Shown piece after piece: positions 34,026-45,025 of a DNA stretch of 64,000 bases (positions are counted from its first letter, which is position 1; each line of letters starts with the position of its first letter). The stretch lies in assembly GCA_004764695.1 (NCBI GenBank), contig SMSO01000036.1, forward strand, positions 930,001 through 994,000, read 5' to 3'. The stretch comes from Schizochytrium sp. TIO01 (taxonomy: Eukaryota; Protista; Bigyra: Labyrinthulomycetes). Both the position numbers and the translations under genes were made by a program. A model generated the notes under the pieces. The model was not told where the DNA came from. It made no database searches and saw only the letters and a program-made list of their open reading frames with translations.

Positions 34026-35862
34026 CTAGTAGGGGTATGTTAAATTTTCTGGTGGTACACCATCTGTAGCAGGAAAAAGATACAAACAATATTGACCCTG
34101 TAAATCTGTGTAAAGACATACATGCATATAGCGTTAGCAACTAAAATAAACCCAAATTCTAAGAGTTGGCCCATGGCACTGCTGCAATGGATGAGCTCAA
34201 TTCCATTATTAAACGTCACTTACTTGTTTTCGGTGGGAGACATGAGCAAATGTATACCGATGTGCACCACTCAGTACCAATGGAGCCAGATTCAGCCCTA
34301 AAGAAAAGCGTCATCGACAGCGATACTGCTGGGATAGTTGCAATAATAAAATTGGTTAAGCGAGTCAAGCGGGGAATACATGCCCATATTACATGCAAGG
34401 GATAATTTCGCACGCGCTGTTCGTACATCATACAAAGTGTGTCCACAATTATTTCAGAAGCAACCTGCCCTAAGCATTTCAATAGTTGCTGCATTAAGGT
34501 ACTTGTTTGTTGAAACGAGCTATCAACTGAAGCAAATATTGGGAGTGGAAGATTAAAGATATCACCATAAAACATTATGATGAAAAAGAACGTTGTCCAC
34601 AAAGATATATACTCAGATATCATTTCTCCAAGAGAAAGCATTACAAACCATTCAGAACGAGCAAGCTGATGTGAACGTTCATGCATGGTCTGAGAGATCC
34701 TACGATTACTGATAGGGGCAACTAGTGAACTTCGACGCCAAGAAGCATGTGCCATTTGAGCTGCCATGCCTGGAGCAAAGCATGCATAGCATTTTCTTAG
34801 GAAGGCATAGCGATGCTCCAAGCTTAGACGAAAGCCCACTTCTTGCGCCGAAGAGAATATGACAAAGATTATGTAATTTGAGTCCTTTTGAATTGAGGTC
34901 GACATCAATCGATACCAGGTACCTAAAAAAATTTGGACAAATAGAACTATGGACCAAGCATAGTGGCGCCTCAATTCCACTTTATTATGCCCACAATTGG
35001 GGTTCATAGCAACATGTTGCGCTGTTAGCCTAGATATGATATAAAAGAACTCACGAATCATAGGCCAAACAATGCAGAGAAAAACAATCTCTTGTAATCC
35101 GTTTTTAATCATGGCATCATGCAGTTCCATCAAAAATAGACAAAGTGCACATATTAAAATGAATTGAACACTTGTTTTCCATAACTTTGTACCTTTAGGC
35201 AAAACTAAAGCGATATATATCGTAGGAATTGTGAAAGAAACCTGAGATAAGATACTTTCATAGTTTGCTTTCTCTTCATCAGGGCTGAGATAGATACCCA
35301 TTAGTAAAACGTAGCTCGCATACTGCAAGAGCAAAATCCCTAATGTTTGTATTTTAGACAAGCGTATTATGAACACAAAGACCACTGCTGGGAACATAAT
35401 GATTGGAAATGCCACAATTAAGTTGCCAAACTCCAAGTCGTGACATATAATTCTGGCTAAAAAGTTGCTACGGCGGCGACATATTTCCGTGACAGAGACT
35501 GCAAGTTCTTTTTGGGTAATATCTACCTGTAGGCTGCTCTGGGCATACTTGTAAACTATCCAAGGAATGGACGTCAAACAAGCGACACCTAGTGACCAAA
35601 AGATTAAAATACATGATAGCTGAATACCAAGAATGAACGCTTTACTCCATGTTGGCCGAGGACGAAGCCAGCGCGGAGTCACCAAAGTTCTCCTCTTACC
35701 ACTGTTGGATAAGCTCGTTGTCTCCTGTACTACGTCTGCTGCCTGGACAATGTCAGTTTGTGTTTCATTCCTGACGCTTTCAACTCCAGTCAGCTTGAGA
35801 GGATTGCTGCTGTGATTCTGCTCAAATGTTGAAGACTCGCTAGGCGCATCGCCAGTCAGCAT
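34026..35862 (-). CDS. Multi-pass membrane protein of unknown function; 2 exons (35862-34224, 34105-34026)
   Basis: About 9-11 hydrophobic segments in ORF 34216..35862. On the minus strand, donor gtaagt at 34223, branch-like gctaac and acceptor tttacacag at 34106 define a 118-nt intron that adds an open terminal exon NLQGQYCLYLFPATDGVPPENLTYPY*. Confidence 0.75.
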
Positions 35863-36684
35863 TGTTGTTGTTTTGACATATGTATTAGAGTAGCCGCGGA
35901 CGAAGAGATGTTCCTGTGCTATGTTTCTGCTTTAGGTAACCATGCCTAAAGGCGCGTTAATATAGTAAATAAGGACTTTCCTATCCCTACAAAGTCGTGA
36001 CCAAACTCAGCACTTTAATCTACCAATTGGAAGCAGTATGGGATCTTGGTCATACCAAAAGGATGACTTTGAATAACCTTGAAAATAATATTTGTCCGTT
36101 TAGAATATAACAAATTAGTGCCAATCTACCAACGGGAGACAGGAAAAGAGAGCAGAGTCAAATCATGACGAAACCATATAACAGATATATATTTTAATGC
36201 TACGAAGTCTTATATAGATGATCTCGACAGAAAACATGTGGGTCAGCTGGGTTAGTAAAAAAACAAATCAATTTAACGAATGTTGATACTATAAGTTATA
36301 ACAAGAAAGACATACAAGTACCATTAGTAGCATGGAGATTAAAGCAAACGCCCATGCAATATGGCGTTTCTACGAACACTTCTATGCAAAGAGTGAACCG
36401 CAAATACTCTTTTGGCACACTAATATATTTTGAAAAGCAGAAAAATGTCCTAAAGGTCAGATTTTTATTTATTTATTTAAATGACTTTAAAAAAAACAAA
36501 AACAAAAAAACACACTATTTCATTTTAAATTAAAGCTATCTTTAAAAAATGTTTTGAAACATTAAAAAAAGATTAATAGATACAGGCAGTATCAGATGAG
36601 ATAGAGATAGCTTAACCCCAAAGACAGAGAGAAGAAAAGCTATTTTGAACTAATATAATCATTCTGTGAATCATTTACTTTTTT

Positions 36685-38397
36685 CTACGTCGCGGGTGCT
36701 CCGGTTGCAATATCTACAAATGCAGCTCTCTCTTCTTCGACTTTTCGAGCAGACGCCCATATAATATCTAAGGATTCCTTTTCTACATGACTCGAGCGGG
36801 GTGTAAAACTGACAGTTGGGTTTTCTACTCCTAAATATCGTAAAGATTCATTAACGCGGAGACCATGCATAATTCTTTCGCAACCTTCCAAGCCAAGCGG
36901 GTTGAATCCAATTTCGAGAGTTCGTAAGGAAGATGTATGTTTGATTGCCTCACCTATAAGCTCTGCTGAACTTTGGCCAAGTTGATTGTGACTAAGGTCA
37001 AGAAATCGCAGTGTATTTGACGATGCAATTAGTTCGCATAAGGCAGGTGTCGCATGGTCATCAATGCTGTTCCAGCTTAAAACTAATCGTTGTAAAACAA
37101 CGCATCGGGCGGCGGCATCAGCCAAAACAGCAGCGCCTCTACTTTTGATAACGTTCCAACCAAGGTTGAGATCTTGAAGTACCCATCGGTTAGCGTCGAG
37201 GATATCGGCAACAGCTTGTGCACCATAATCACCAAGTTGGTTTTGTGACAGATTCAAAGAAATTAACCCTTGTGTTGTCGCAGAACTCATGCATGTAAGC
37301 GCAGACAAAAGTCCTTTGGCACTGCGATCTGTTAATTTATTAGTGGATAAGTCCAAGTAACTGAGTGCAAATGTACCTGCCTCACGAGATTTTCGGATGC
37401 CTCCGAAAAGGATGAGGGCTGCGTCATTTCCCATGCGATTCTTTGCTAATGACAGAGCACGCAGCCCAGGCCGTGCTGCCAGAAGCTCGGCAAGAGCATT
37501 TGCTCCCTTTTCACCTGTGATATTACTTGAAATGTCAAGCATTTCAACAATAGTGTTGGTTTTCAAAGCCTTGCAAAGAGCTACCAAAGCCTTATCACTC
37601 ATCAGTTGATGGGAAAGGCAAAGTTCTGTTGTGCTCAAACTATCCACAAGTCCTGAAACTGGAAATATACCAAGTTCTCGGCAAGCGTCCATGTATTCGG
37701 ACTTTCCAGTTTCTTTGCATAGTGCTGCATCAGCTTCGGTAAGAATTCTAAGATCAAGACTCGAGGCCGAAGAACATGTACTTAGTGATGCTTCTTCGTC
37801 ATCACCATCGCTATCCTCGCCATCACTTGATTCTGCATTATAACTGTCCTTAGATAAAGTTTTTGTCAAAAGTGAAGAGCTAGCATGGCGTTCTATAGGT
37901 CGACCGCATAAGTAGAAAGAATCACGGCGAGGTGGTGCTCCTTTTTGAGGCCCCTGAAGTTCAGAAAGGGCAGTTAAAAAAGTAGACTCATCCTTACCTT
38001 GAACTTGCCCATGTTCAAGTCGGTACTTACTGTTTTCATTGCGTTCACCCAAACCGTGATCAGGACCTAGAGATCGCTTTCGAGGAGATAAAATATATTG
38101 TTGTTGCTGTTGCTGTTGCTGTTGCTGCTGATGTTGCGACTGTTGCGTCTGTGAAATTCCATGCGTATTTGAATATTGCTTTCGAGGAAGAAAGACAGAA
38201 CAGACTAAGTTTGATTTTGACTTTGATTGCAGAATGAATTTACTAACTGTTTTAGGATCAATCTTCAATGCAGCTCCAAGAGTTTCAGGTAACCACTCAT
38301 CTGATTGATTCTTGCCATTTGTGCCAGATCCTGACCCGGCACTGCCTTTTTTATCAGCCTTGTTTGTGCTCCCGCTTTCTTCTTTTAGCTTGCTCAT
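36685..38397 (-). CDS. RNI-type leucine-rich repeat protein, LRRC74-like, with poly-Q N-terminal region
   Basis: ~28-aa LRRs (LDISSNITGEKGA, LSLAKNRMG, LNLSQNQLGDYGA, LNLGWNVI, LDLSHNQLG) preceded by YMDACRELGIFPVS, which resembles the LRRC74 N-cap. ATG at 38397. Confidence 0.85.
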   Translation of the reverse strand: MSKLKEESGSTNKADKKGSAGSGSGTNGKNQSDEWLPETLGAALKIDPKTVSKFILQSKSKSNLVCSVFLPRKQYSNTHGISQTQQSQHQQQQQQQQQQQYILSPRKRSLGPDHGLGERNENSKYRLEHGQVQGKDESTFLTALSELQGPQKGAPPRRDSFYLCGRPIERHASSSLLTKTLSKDSYNAESSDGEDSDGDDEEASLSTCSSASSLDLRILTEADAALCKETGKSEYMDACRELGIFPVSGLVDSLSTTELCLSHQLMSDKALVALCKALKTNTIVEMLDISSNITGEKGANALAELLAARPGLRALSLAKNRMGNDAALILFGGIRKSREAGTFALSYLDLSTNKLTDRSAKGLLSALTCMSSATTQGLISLNLSQNQLGDYGAQAVADILDANRWVLQDLNLGWNVIKSRGAAVLADAAARCVVLQRLVLSWNSIDDHATPALCELIASSNTLRFLDLSHNQLGQSSAELIGEAIKHTSSLRTLEIGFNPLGLEGCERIMHGLRVNESLRYLGVENPTVSFTPRSSHVEKESLDIIWASARKVEEERAAFVDIATGAPAT

Positions 38398-39198
38398 ACC
38401 GACTTTCACCAACTAACTATCTAGATGTACTTGTCTCCTTTTCTCAAAAGCTTATTCTGCTTTCTTTTTCTTCTCTCTCTCTCTCCTCCACCCCCGCCCC
38501 CCGGTCTATCTTTCTCCCAAGAAGTGCGAGTGCAAGCACCTCTTCTGATCAAGGTATAGAAGGGTTTGCTTAGCGCTTCAGTTGCATGCTTTGGTTTTCC
38601 GATTATGATTAATAATGACGGGAGACAGACGACGTTTGTCTTGGCCACAGGAGGTGTGTACCTGGGTACGCCAACGGCGCTGGCCTGCACAAAGGATTTC
38701 TTCTTAGGCCTATCTCATTGATTTTAAGTTATGATCTTTGACACTTTGCTTTGCTTTTAAATCGCAAATGCAAGAAATGATGGATCTCTCATTGAACGCT
38801 CCAGCATAGTTAGTTTTCAAAAGGTAGAGAATGTCCATTCAATTGTTTTCGATGGTGATTAGATATAAGCAAACACAAAAAAAAATAAAAAAATAAGAGT
38901 CATCGTATTTATCAGATGCATCATGGTTTTGCCCAAAAGACAAAACACAAGCCAGTTTCTACCATGCAAAAAAAAAGCGCTCGCTTGAAATACGGGGCTA
39001 CTAGTATCTTAATACTTCTAATATGAGCTTTTAATAATGTTCTATAAGGAACATCTGCATTACTACCCTTCAGAGATCTTATCATCTTCATGAAACATAA
39101 CCAAGCCGCTCCAAGTTTGAGCATATAACTTATGAAAGTCTGCAGTAGTCACAGAAATGTTTGAGAGCACAAATATCAGAGCAATTCCATTGTCGAGA

Positions 39199-40809
39199 CT
39201 ATTGAGAGAAAGGAAGAAGTAGAGCAAAACATTCAGTATGCCCCTTTAACTTTGCTATATCAAGAGCAGTCTCATTAAAATCATTAACAACATCAGTCGC
39301 AGCCCCTTTCTCAAGCAAGAATCGAACTATATCGGGGTGATTATGAAGTACTGCGCCATGAAGAGGCGTCCGATCTCCTGCAGACTTTTGATTCACCAAG
39401 GCGCCACGTCCCACTAGCTCTCGGCAGATTTCCAAGCTGCCACAAATTGCTGCTGCACGCAACGCGAAATGACGAGCACCTTCAGGATCAGTTTCTGCTC
39501 CGCAGTTAAGTAAGGCTCTCACTGTCTCTAGATGTCCATTCTTTGATGCAAGAACAAGAGCAGACAATCGCTCTGAGCAAGATGTGGTTACGTTTGGATC
39601 GACTTGTAGGTCTCTCACCAATTCCCTGATACGTTGAGTGTCACCTATTTCCGCAGCTAAAAGGAGTCTTTGTACACCTAGATCCTCTCCATCATCACTG
39701 TCCACGCTATCAGAAGATTCATTCAAATCCTCCTCACCGTCGTCATCCTCGTCGATATTAGATTCTTCTGTAAACAGCTGTTTTGATAAAATCACATACG
39801 GCTTATTTTGCGGGGAGGTATCGTCAATTGAGAATCCAAGGCCTCTGTAGAACCGCATCGCTCGATCATTTTGGCGAAAGCATGTGAGCATAATCCAGTC
39901 CATTTCCCAATAGCAGGCAACCCTTTCAGCAAGCCTCATGAGGAAAGATCCCAAGCCTTTGTGCGCAGCCAAAACCAAATCGATTTGGATTTCATAGACA
40001 TAAAGCACAAGGGCTTCGTGCTCCAGGAGAAAGCGAAAATTTAGAAACCCTACAATCACACCCGATTCATGGTGTCGAGCCACTAAGAAACGTGAAGAGC
40101 CACTTTGAAATTGGGAAAGTTTTTTCTCTGGGTTCCATCTCCCTCTTGCTTGTTCATAGAGTCCACGCATATTCCTTTCTGTTAGTTCCAAACATGTTTG
40201 GATAGTACCTTCTTGCATACCAGCAGATGGAGCTTCAAACTTGATATCAAAAGACATCGTATCAAATCTATAGGAATGAAGATCGGGGAACTCAAACAAG
40301 ATGTCTCGCACTTGCCTGTTGGAAGACACATCGCTATTGACATATTTAGCCCGGTTCAGACGACGCTTCTGAAGAGCTTTACTATCTCCAGCCTCCATGT
40401 CTTCGATTTCATCCATTTCAGCCTCCTCCTCAGAAAGAATCTCGTTATATATATCTTCTGGACATTTATATTCACTTTGCTGCTGCATTTCCAATACTGC
40501 TTCCAACAGATCTGGCCGTTGCTGGAAGAGCTGCATGAGTTTTCTTTGTTGCCACTTTCGGCGAATACGACGCCCCTCTGGATTCTGATTAGATCCAAAC
40601 ACAACCTCGCGTCTAACAGACTTTGAACGCCTCGGTTGACGTAGAAACACCATATCTGTCAAATGGCTTCTTGATTTTAATCTCGCACGTGCAGACGTAT
40701 ATTCAATTCCACGGAGCATCTCTGCAGCACCACGTGAGAAAGTCAGGCTTTTGTGGCCATTTCTTTCGTCGTCTGCACCGTTTCTATCTTCCCGTTGCTG
40801 GCCATCCAT
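39199..40809 (-). CDS. NAA40: N-alpha-acetyltransferase 40 (NatD)-like GNAT fused to C-terminal ankyrin repeats
   Basis: LTERNMRGLYEQ..W...K, GFLNFRF, VLYVYEIQ, KGLGSFLM, MLTCFRQN..AMRFY, GFSIDDTSP and YVILSK match NAA40/Nat4. An acidic linker is followed by ~4 ankyrin repeats (ALVLASKNGHLETVRALL, TPLHGAVLHNHPDIVRFLLEKGA, TALDIAKLKGH). Confidence 0.82.
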   Translation of the reverse strand: MDGQQREDRNGADDERNGHKSLTFSRGAAEMLRGIEYTSARARLKSRSHLTDMVFLRQPRRSKSVRREVVFGSNQNPEGRRIRRKWQQRKLMQLFQQRPDLLEAVLEMQQQSEYKCPEDIYNEILSEEEAEMDEIEDMEAGDSKALQKRRLNRAKYVNSDVSSNRQVRDILFEFPDLHSYRFDTMSFDIKFEAPSAGMQEGTIQTCLELTERNMRGLYEQARGRWNPEKKLSQFQSGSSRFLVARHHESGVIVGFLNFRFLLEHEALVLYVYEIQIDLVLAAHKGLGSFLMRLAERVACYWEMDWIMLTCFRQNDRAMRFYRGLGFSIDDTSPQNKPYVILSKQLFTEESNIDEDDDGEEDLNESSDSVDSDDGEDLGVQRLLLAAEIGDTQRIRELVRDLQVDPNVTTSCSERLSALVLASKNGHLETVRALLNCGAETDPEGARHFALRAAAICGSLEICRELVGRGALVNQKSAGDRTPLHGAVLHNHPDIVRFLLEKGAATDVVNDFNETALDIAKLKGHTECFALLLPFSQ

Positions 40810-41029
40810 CTTGGTCGCGGAGAACGGTTTGGCGTTGAAATTGACTCGAACCTCAGAAAATAACCCAGCCCTGCTCAAAGACCCAACGCTGGCAAATTAA
40901 TCGATTCTTAGCTCAGTCTGAATTTGCCGTGTGATCAAGGAGTAGCAAGATTAGGTTTCCCTCGGCCAAGACGGCGTTTACTTTGAGCGTCTGTGAGGAT
41001 ACCACGGTTCACAATGTCCTCTACGCAAT

Positions 41030-41058
41030 CTCAGTAGTCTCAGTAGTCACAGTAGTCA
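41030..41058. repeat. Short tandem 9-bp repeat (ctcagtagt x3, imperfect)
   Basis: ctcagtagt ctcagtagt cacagtagt ca. Confidence 0.7.
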
Positions 41059-41583
41059 AGATAACACAAGCCCTTTACTAGGTAGTGTATTGTCTTATTA
41101 AGACCTACTACTAGCTAGAGTAGCCTCTGACTTGAGTTTTTTCTAAAATGAAAAGTATTGCTAGGAGCTAGAGACACAGTGGCAATGAAGCTAATCCTTC
41201 CATGATAACTAAGCCTACTTTAACTTCTAGATTAAAAGTCAAGAACAGGTTGAGTTCTCTGTCATTTTATGAGGGTTCTAATATTCTAAAGTTTGTATAA
41301 TCATGCTCACTTTGTATTAAGCTGGAATTAATTCGCAAATCAATTGAGAACAACGAATAAAACAAGAATTTCTAGCTATAGAAGAAAAATTTGGCTTAGC
41401 ATGAATACTCTCGCTTTAGATCACTTTCAGCTAGGTTTTTAGAGAGTGGTATCAAGACTTTCTAGGCTATACATGACGCATTTACGAAACCCAAACAAGG
41501 AGAAGGGATGATTAACAAAATTTTTACACACCGACCGATCTCACACGGTCGTTGACAATACCCATATGTTATGGCAGCATGAG

Positions 41584-43188
41584 CTAAGCTTGCTTGGTTT
41601 TGTTTCTTTTCGCAATCATCTGGTCTTTTGGAAAGGTCCAATGCAGGAAGCTCAAGAACATAGCGCTTATCAACCATGGTACAAGAGTGTTCCACAAAAT
41701 TGCTTTTCCTAGAGCTGTGTGATTTTCAGGATCAAGACAGCCTCCATCAATCGAAACTGTCAGGGCTGTCGACATTCGTGGACCTAGAGTGAAATTGAGA
41801 ATATGCTCTACGAAACTATGGTCTTTGGGTTGTCGTACGCTCTCTAGTAAATTCAAACGCTCAGTTTCCTCAATTTTGCACGCCGCTGCATGTGCAGCTA
41901 CTCCGGCCTTGTCGTAACCGAACACCTGCTCGGCCAAAGCACCAACAACAATTCCAGATCCTATGCTAATTGTGCTCTGCAACGCGTGATGTGCGCTCAT
42001 AACTCGACCACCAGCGCCGTCTGGCATCAGTTCTGCGATAATAGGCTTCGTGGCTCCGGTGGCTATCCAAGGGATAACAAGTCCCAAGAGAAAAAGCCCG
42101 AAAGCCGCATACTCAAGTGATGATGTACTGACACCAACAAATGTGAAGATTACTATTGGTAAGCGTATAAAACCAGCCACTTGTGCCATATAAATACGGC
42201 CGTGAGAGGGACTTAGCGTAGCAAAATAGTCCCCAACGATTCCTGCGACAAATTGTCCTATTATCATTCCTAGTTGGATTGAATTGCCATAGACACCAGC
42301 CAAAGCATTGCTGACGCCGCCTGTTTGAAACCACATGACTAGAAATGAGAATCCCGCATATGGAAACGTTCCAAAGACGCCATGTAGCACAATCATTTGA
42401 AACGAACGCATCTTAAATACCTCTTTAATACCATCAGCAAAACCTGGTTTTACGTTTCCTGTTTTCATTGGTTTCCCTTGGCGGATTTCGTCATTATTCG
42501 AAGATGACCCTTTAGTGTCCTCCGGTGTAGCCTCTAATTCTAGGCGTTCCAAACGCCGAGTAGTGTCCTCCTGGAGGTCAGCACCCTTCAAAGGTTGGTC
42601 TATAATATGCCCATCATTTAGTTTTGCGAGTTCGGCGCGGCTAGGGAGAAAGTAGTAGAGCGCAGCTGCAACTAGCATGCTCAACATTCCGAAGCTTGAG
42701 ACGAGAATTCGCCAGCTTGTATTCCAGTGCGTGATCACGACGGCACCAAAAATACGCCCAATTGACTCTGAGATACTCACACGGCCAAAGTACTGCCCAC
42801 GGCTTGAGGCGTCAAGCTTGGAAACTACACTACCCATGAGAGGCCTTAGCACCGAGCTGCACAGGCCTGAGATGAATCGGAGGAATAACAGCACTGTAAA
42901 GCTTGAAGCCTGACTCATGAGCATACTGCAAAACCCAACTCCTGCCACAGCGAGAACAAGAAACCTTGTAGGGTCCTGGCTTTCATCCACAAATGGAGCC
43001 CACAGAACGCCAGCGAAGCGCAGTGAGGAGCTTTGCGCTAGCCATATGTAGCCAAGCAAGGTCGGGCTCACATCAAACTCCCGCTCGAAGTTGCGAAACA
43101 ACGCACTGAGGAAAGCCATATCTGAAGTTTTGACGAGAGTGGCCACGACCAGCCCTGTCCACACGCGCCCATAGCTAGATGAGCTCAT
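41584..43188 (-). CDS. Major facilitator superfamily transporter (spinster-like)
   Basis: ~12 TM segments; LFLRFISGL, RGQYFG, GVFGTFPY, GIVGDYFA..SPSHGRIYMAQ, KPIIAEL and ALGKAI are typical of protist/plant spinster-like MFS proteins. Confidence 0.88.
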   Translation of the reverse strand: MSSSSYGRVWTGLVVATLVKTSDMAFLSALFRNFEREFDVSPTLLGYIWLAQSSSLRFAGVLWAPFVDESQDPTRFLVLAVAGVGFCSMLMSQASSFTVLLFLRFISGLCSSVLRPLMGSVVSKLDASSRGQYFGRVSISESIGRIFGAVVITHWNTSWRILVSSFGMLSMLVAAALYYFLPSRAELAKLNDGHIIDQPLKGADLQEDTTRRLERLELEATPEDTKGSSSNNDEIRQGKPMKTGNVKPGFADGIKEVFKMRSFQMIVLHGVFGTFPYAGFSFLVMWFQTGGVSNALAGVYGNSIQLGMIIGQFVAGIVGDYFATLSPSHGRIYMAQVAGFIRLPIVIFTFVGVSTSSLEYAAFGLFLLGLVIPWIATGATKPIIAELMPDGAGGRVMSAHHALQSTISIGSGIVVGALAEQVFGYDKAGVAAHAAACKIEETERLNLLESVRQPKDHSFVEHILNFTLGPRMSTALTVSIDGGCLDPENHTALGKAILWNTLVPWLISAMFLSFLHWTFPKDQMIAKRNKTKQA

Positions 43189-45025
43189 TGTGATTTTCTT
43201 CGGGATTTATTCTCGTGCGCAAATCCACAACATTGACACAACGAGATTCTCATTCCAAGGTTCTATTCATTATCTTGTCTTCTTTTCATTTCTAAATATT
43301 ACTAATTTCCAATAGGTAACACCTATTAGAAAAGTAGTCTGACCACACAAAGATTCGCTTATTGCCGATACTTATTCAAATTATCGCAATCAAACCATGC
43401 CGGAATGGTGAATACAGCTCAAGTACCCTCATTCAATGCTTCCCCCCCAAAGGCTTTAGTTTAGAATACGTGTGATGGGTTCTTGGACACTGCGGTAACA
43501 TGTTAAAAATAAGTTTGTAACTTCAAAAGTAAAACTTAATGAAGTGAGTATCAAATGATTGATCAGAACAATTGTGCACAATGATGCAACTTAGAGAATA
43601 GTGTTCCAGTTGATGACGAAGACGCAGCGTTAAAAAGAAACACTATAGGTTTCTGGGCATTTATTCGATTTATATGATCATGCAGAATCTTAAATTTAGA
43701 CCTGCTGAAGAACATTTCGTCTTTATGATCTTGCAAAGGAGGGGTTTTAAAGAAATACTACCCTACAAAGCTTAGCCTTAGATGAAACAGGGCCACGGCA
43801 TTATGAAGATGACATAGTGTTAGGTTTGAAAGCTAGGATGTTTAAAGACCAATTTGCTGACCACACTGGTCAGAGCTATTTCATCCTTAATCGTTACCGG
43901 GTAACCAACATCATTAACTCACCACGTACCACGCTATCAAACTCATTAGGCAGAGGTACGGAACAGATATATATTTAAACCTAGGTAAAACACATGAAAA
44001 TAATTATTACCTTCAAGTTGGTAAAAAGCCAAGTGTTCGGAATAAAAAAGTAAATAAATATATAAGCGAACTTGAATGAATTATCGACCCTGAAGTTCGA
44101 CTGGAAGACAGTCGGTCCGAGAGTGGTGTATCTACATTTCAGATTACTCTTTTATAAAAAAAACCAATGTGATTAATAGCTGATTTCCTAGTTTACTTTG
44201 AACGATTGACCTTCGATTTCACATTGGTGCTCTGATCAGAAAGGCAGTGGGGCATCACATCCTCTGCAAGAGTTGAACAACCTGTCCCTTCTGAATGATC
44301 TGTAATATACTAAATTCTAAAAAGAAAAAAGTGTCTCAAGTTATTATAATTACTATCAATAACAGTAGTAACCTTATCAATAATAGGAATAGCTAGTAGC
44401 TAGTAAATGTATAAACAGTGCATTTTTACGAGTTTTTCTTCTTCATAACTGTATGATGAACTCCTCTTTAATTTTTCAAAATAATTATAATTATAATAAA
44501 CATTATTTAGTTAGGCCTACAATAAGAAGAAGAAAAATAGTATCTACTATAGCCACTAAGCCTAATAATAGAGTTTGAGTTTCGTAAAATATTTTAGAAT
44601 AGACCCAATCCTGCACAGTACTAATAGTAGAAGTAGGCAGTATCTAAATTCTTTTACTCTGGTGGAAATTCAGGTGAAAACAAAACAAGTTAAAGCGTTG
44701 TCTTGACTGCAATTTTAGAGGCAGCATGCGACTGAGCAACCTAGTAACTAGTCGACAGTAGTCGGATAAATGCCAGGTTCTTATAATCGTAAATCTTAGC
44801 GAGATAACAATAGTTCTGCACCATTATGACATTTCAGATTGTGCTTGCTATCTATCTGGGTCTTACCACTTTGACAATTTTTCCTTTCTTTTAATTTTCG
44901 CTTTTTCTGCGTTTATCAATTTGCCATCCCATAACTCATCTTCAAATTACCTCGCTACACAAACCATAATCTAAGCTCATTGCGCCTTGCTCTTGTCCAA
45001 CTGTGACTCTGTGACCGCAAGAAGT

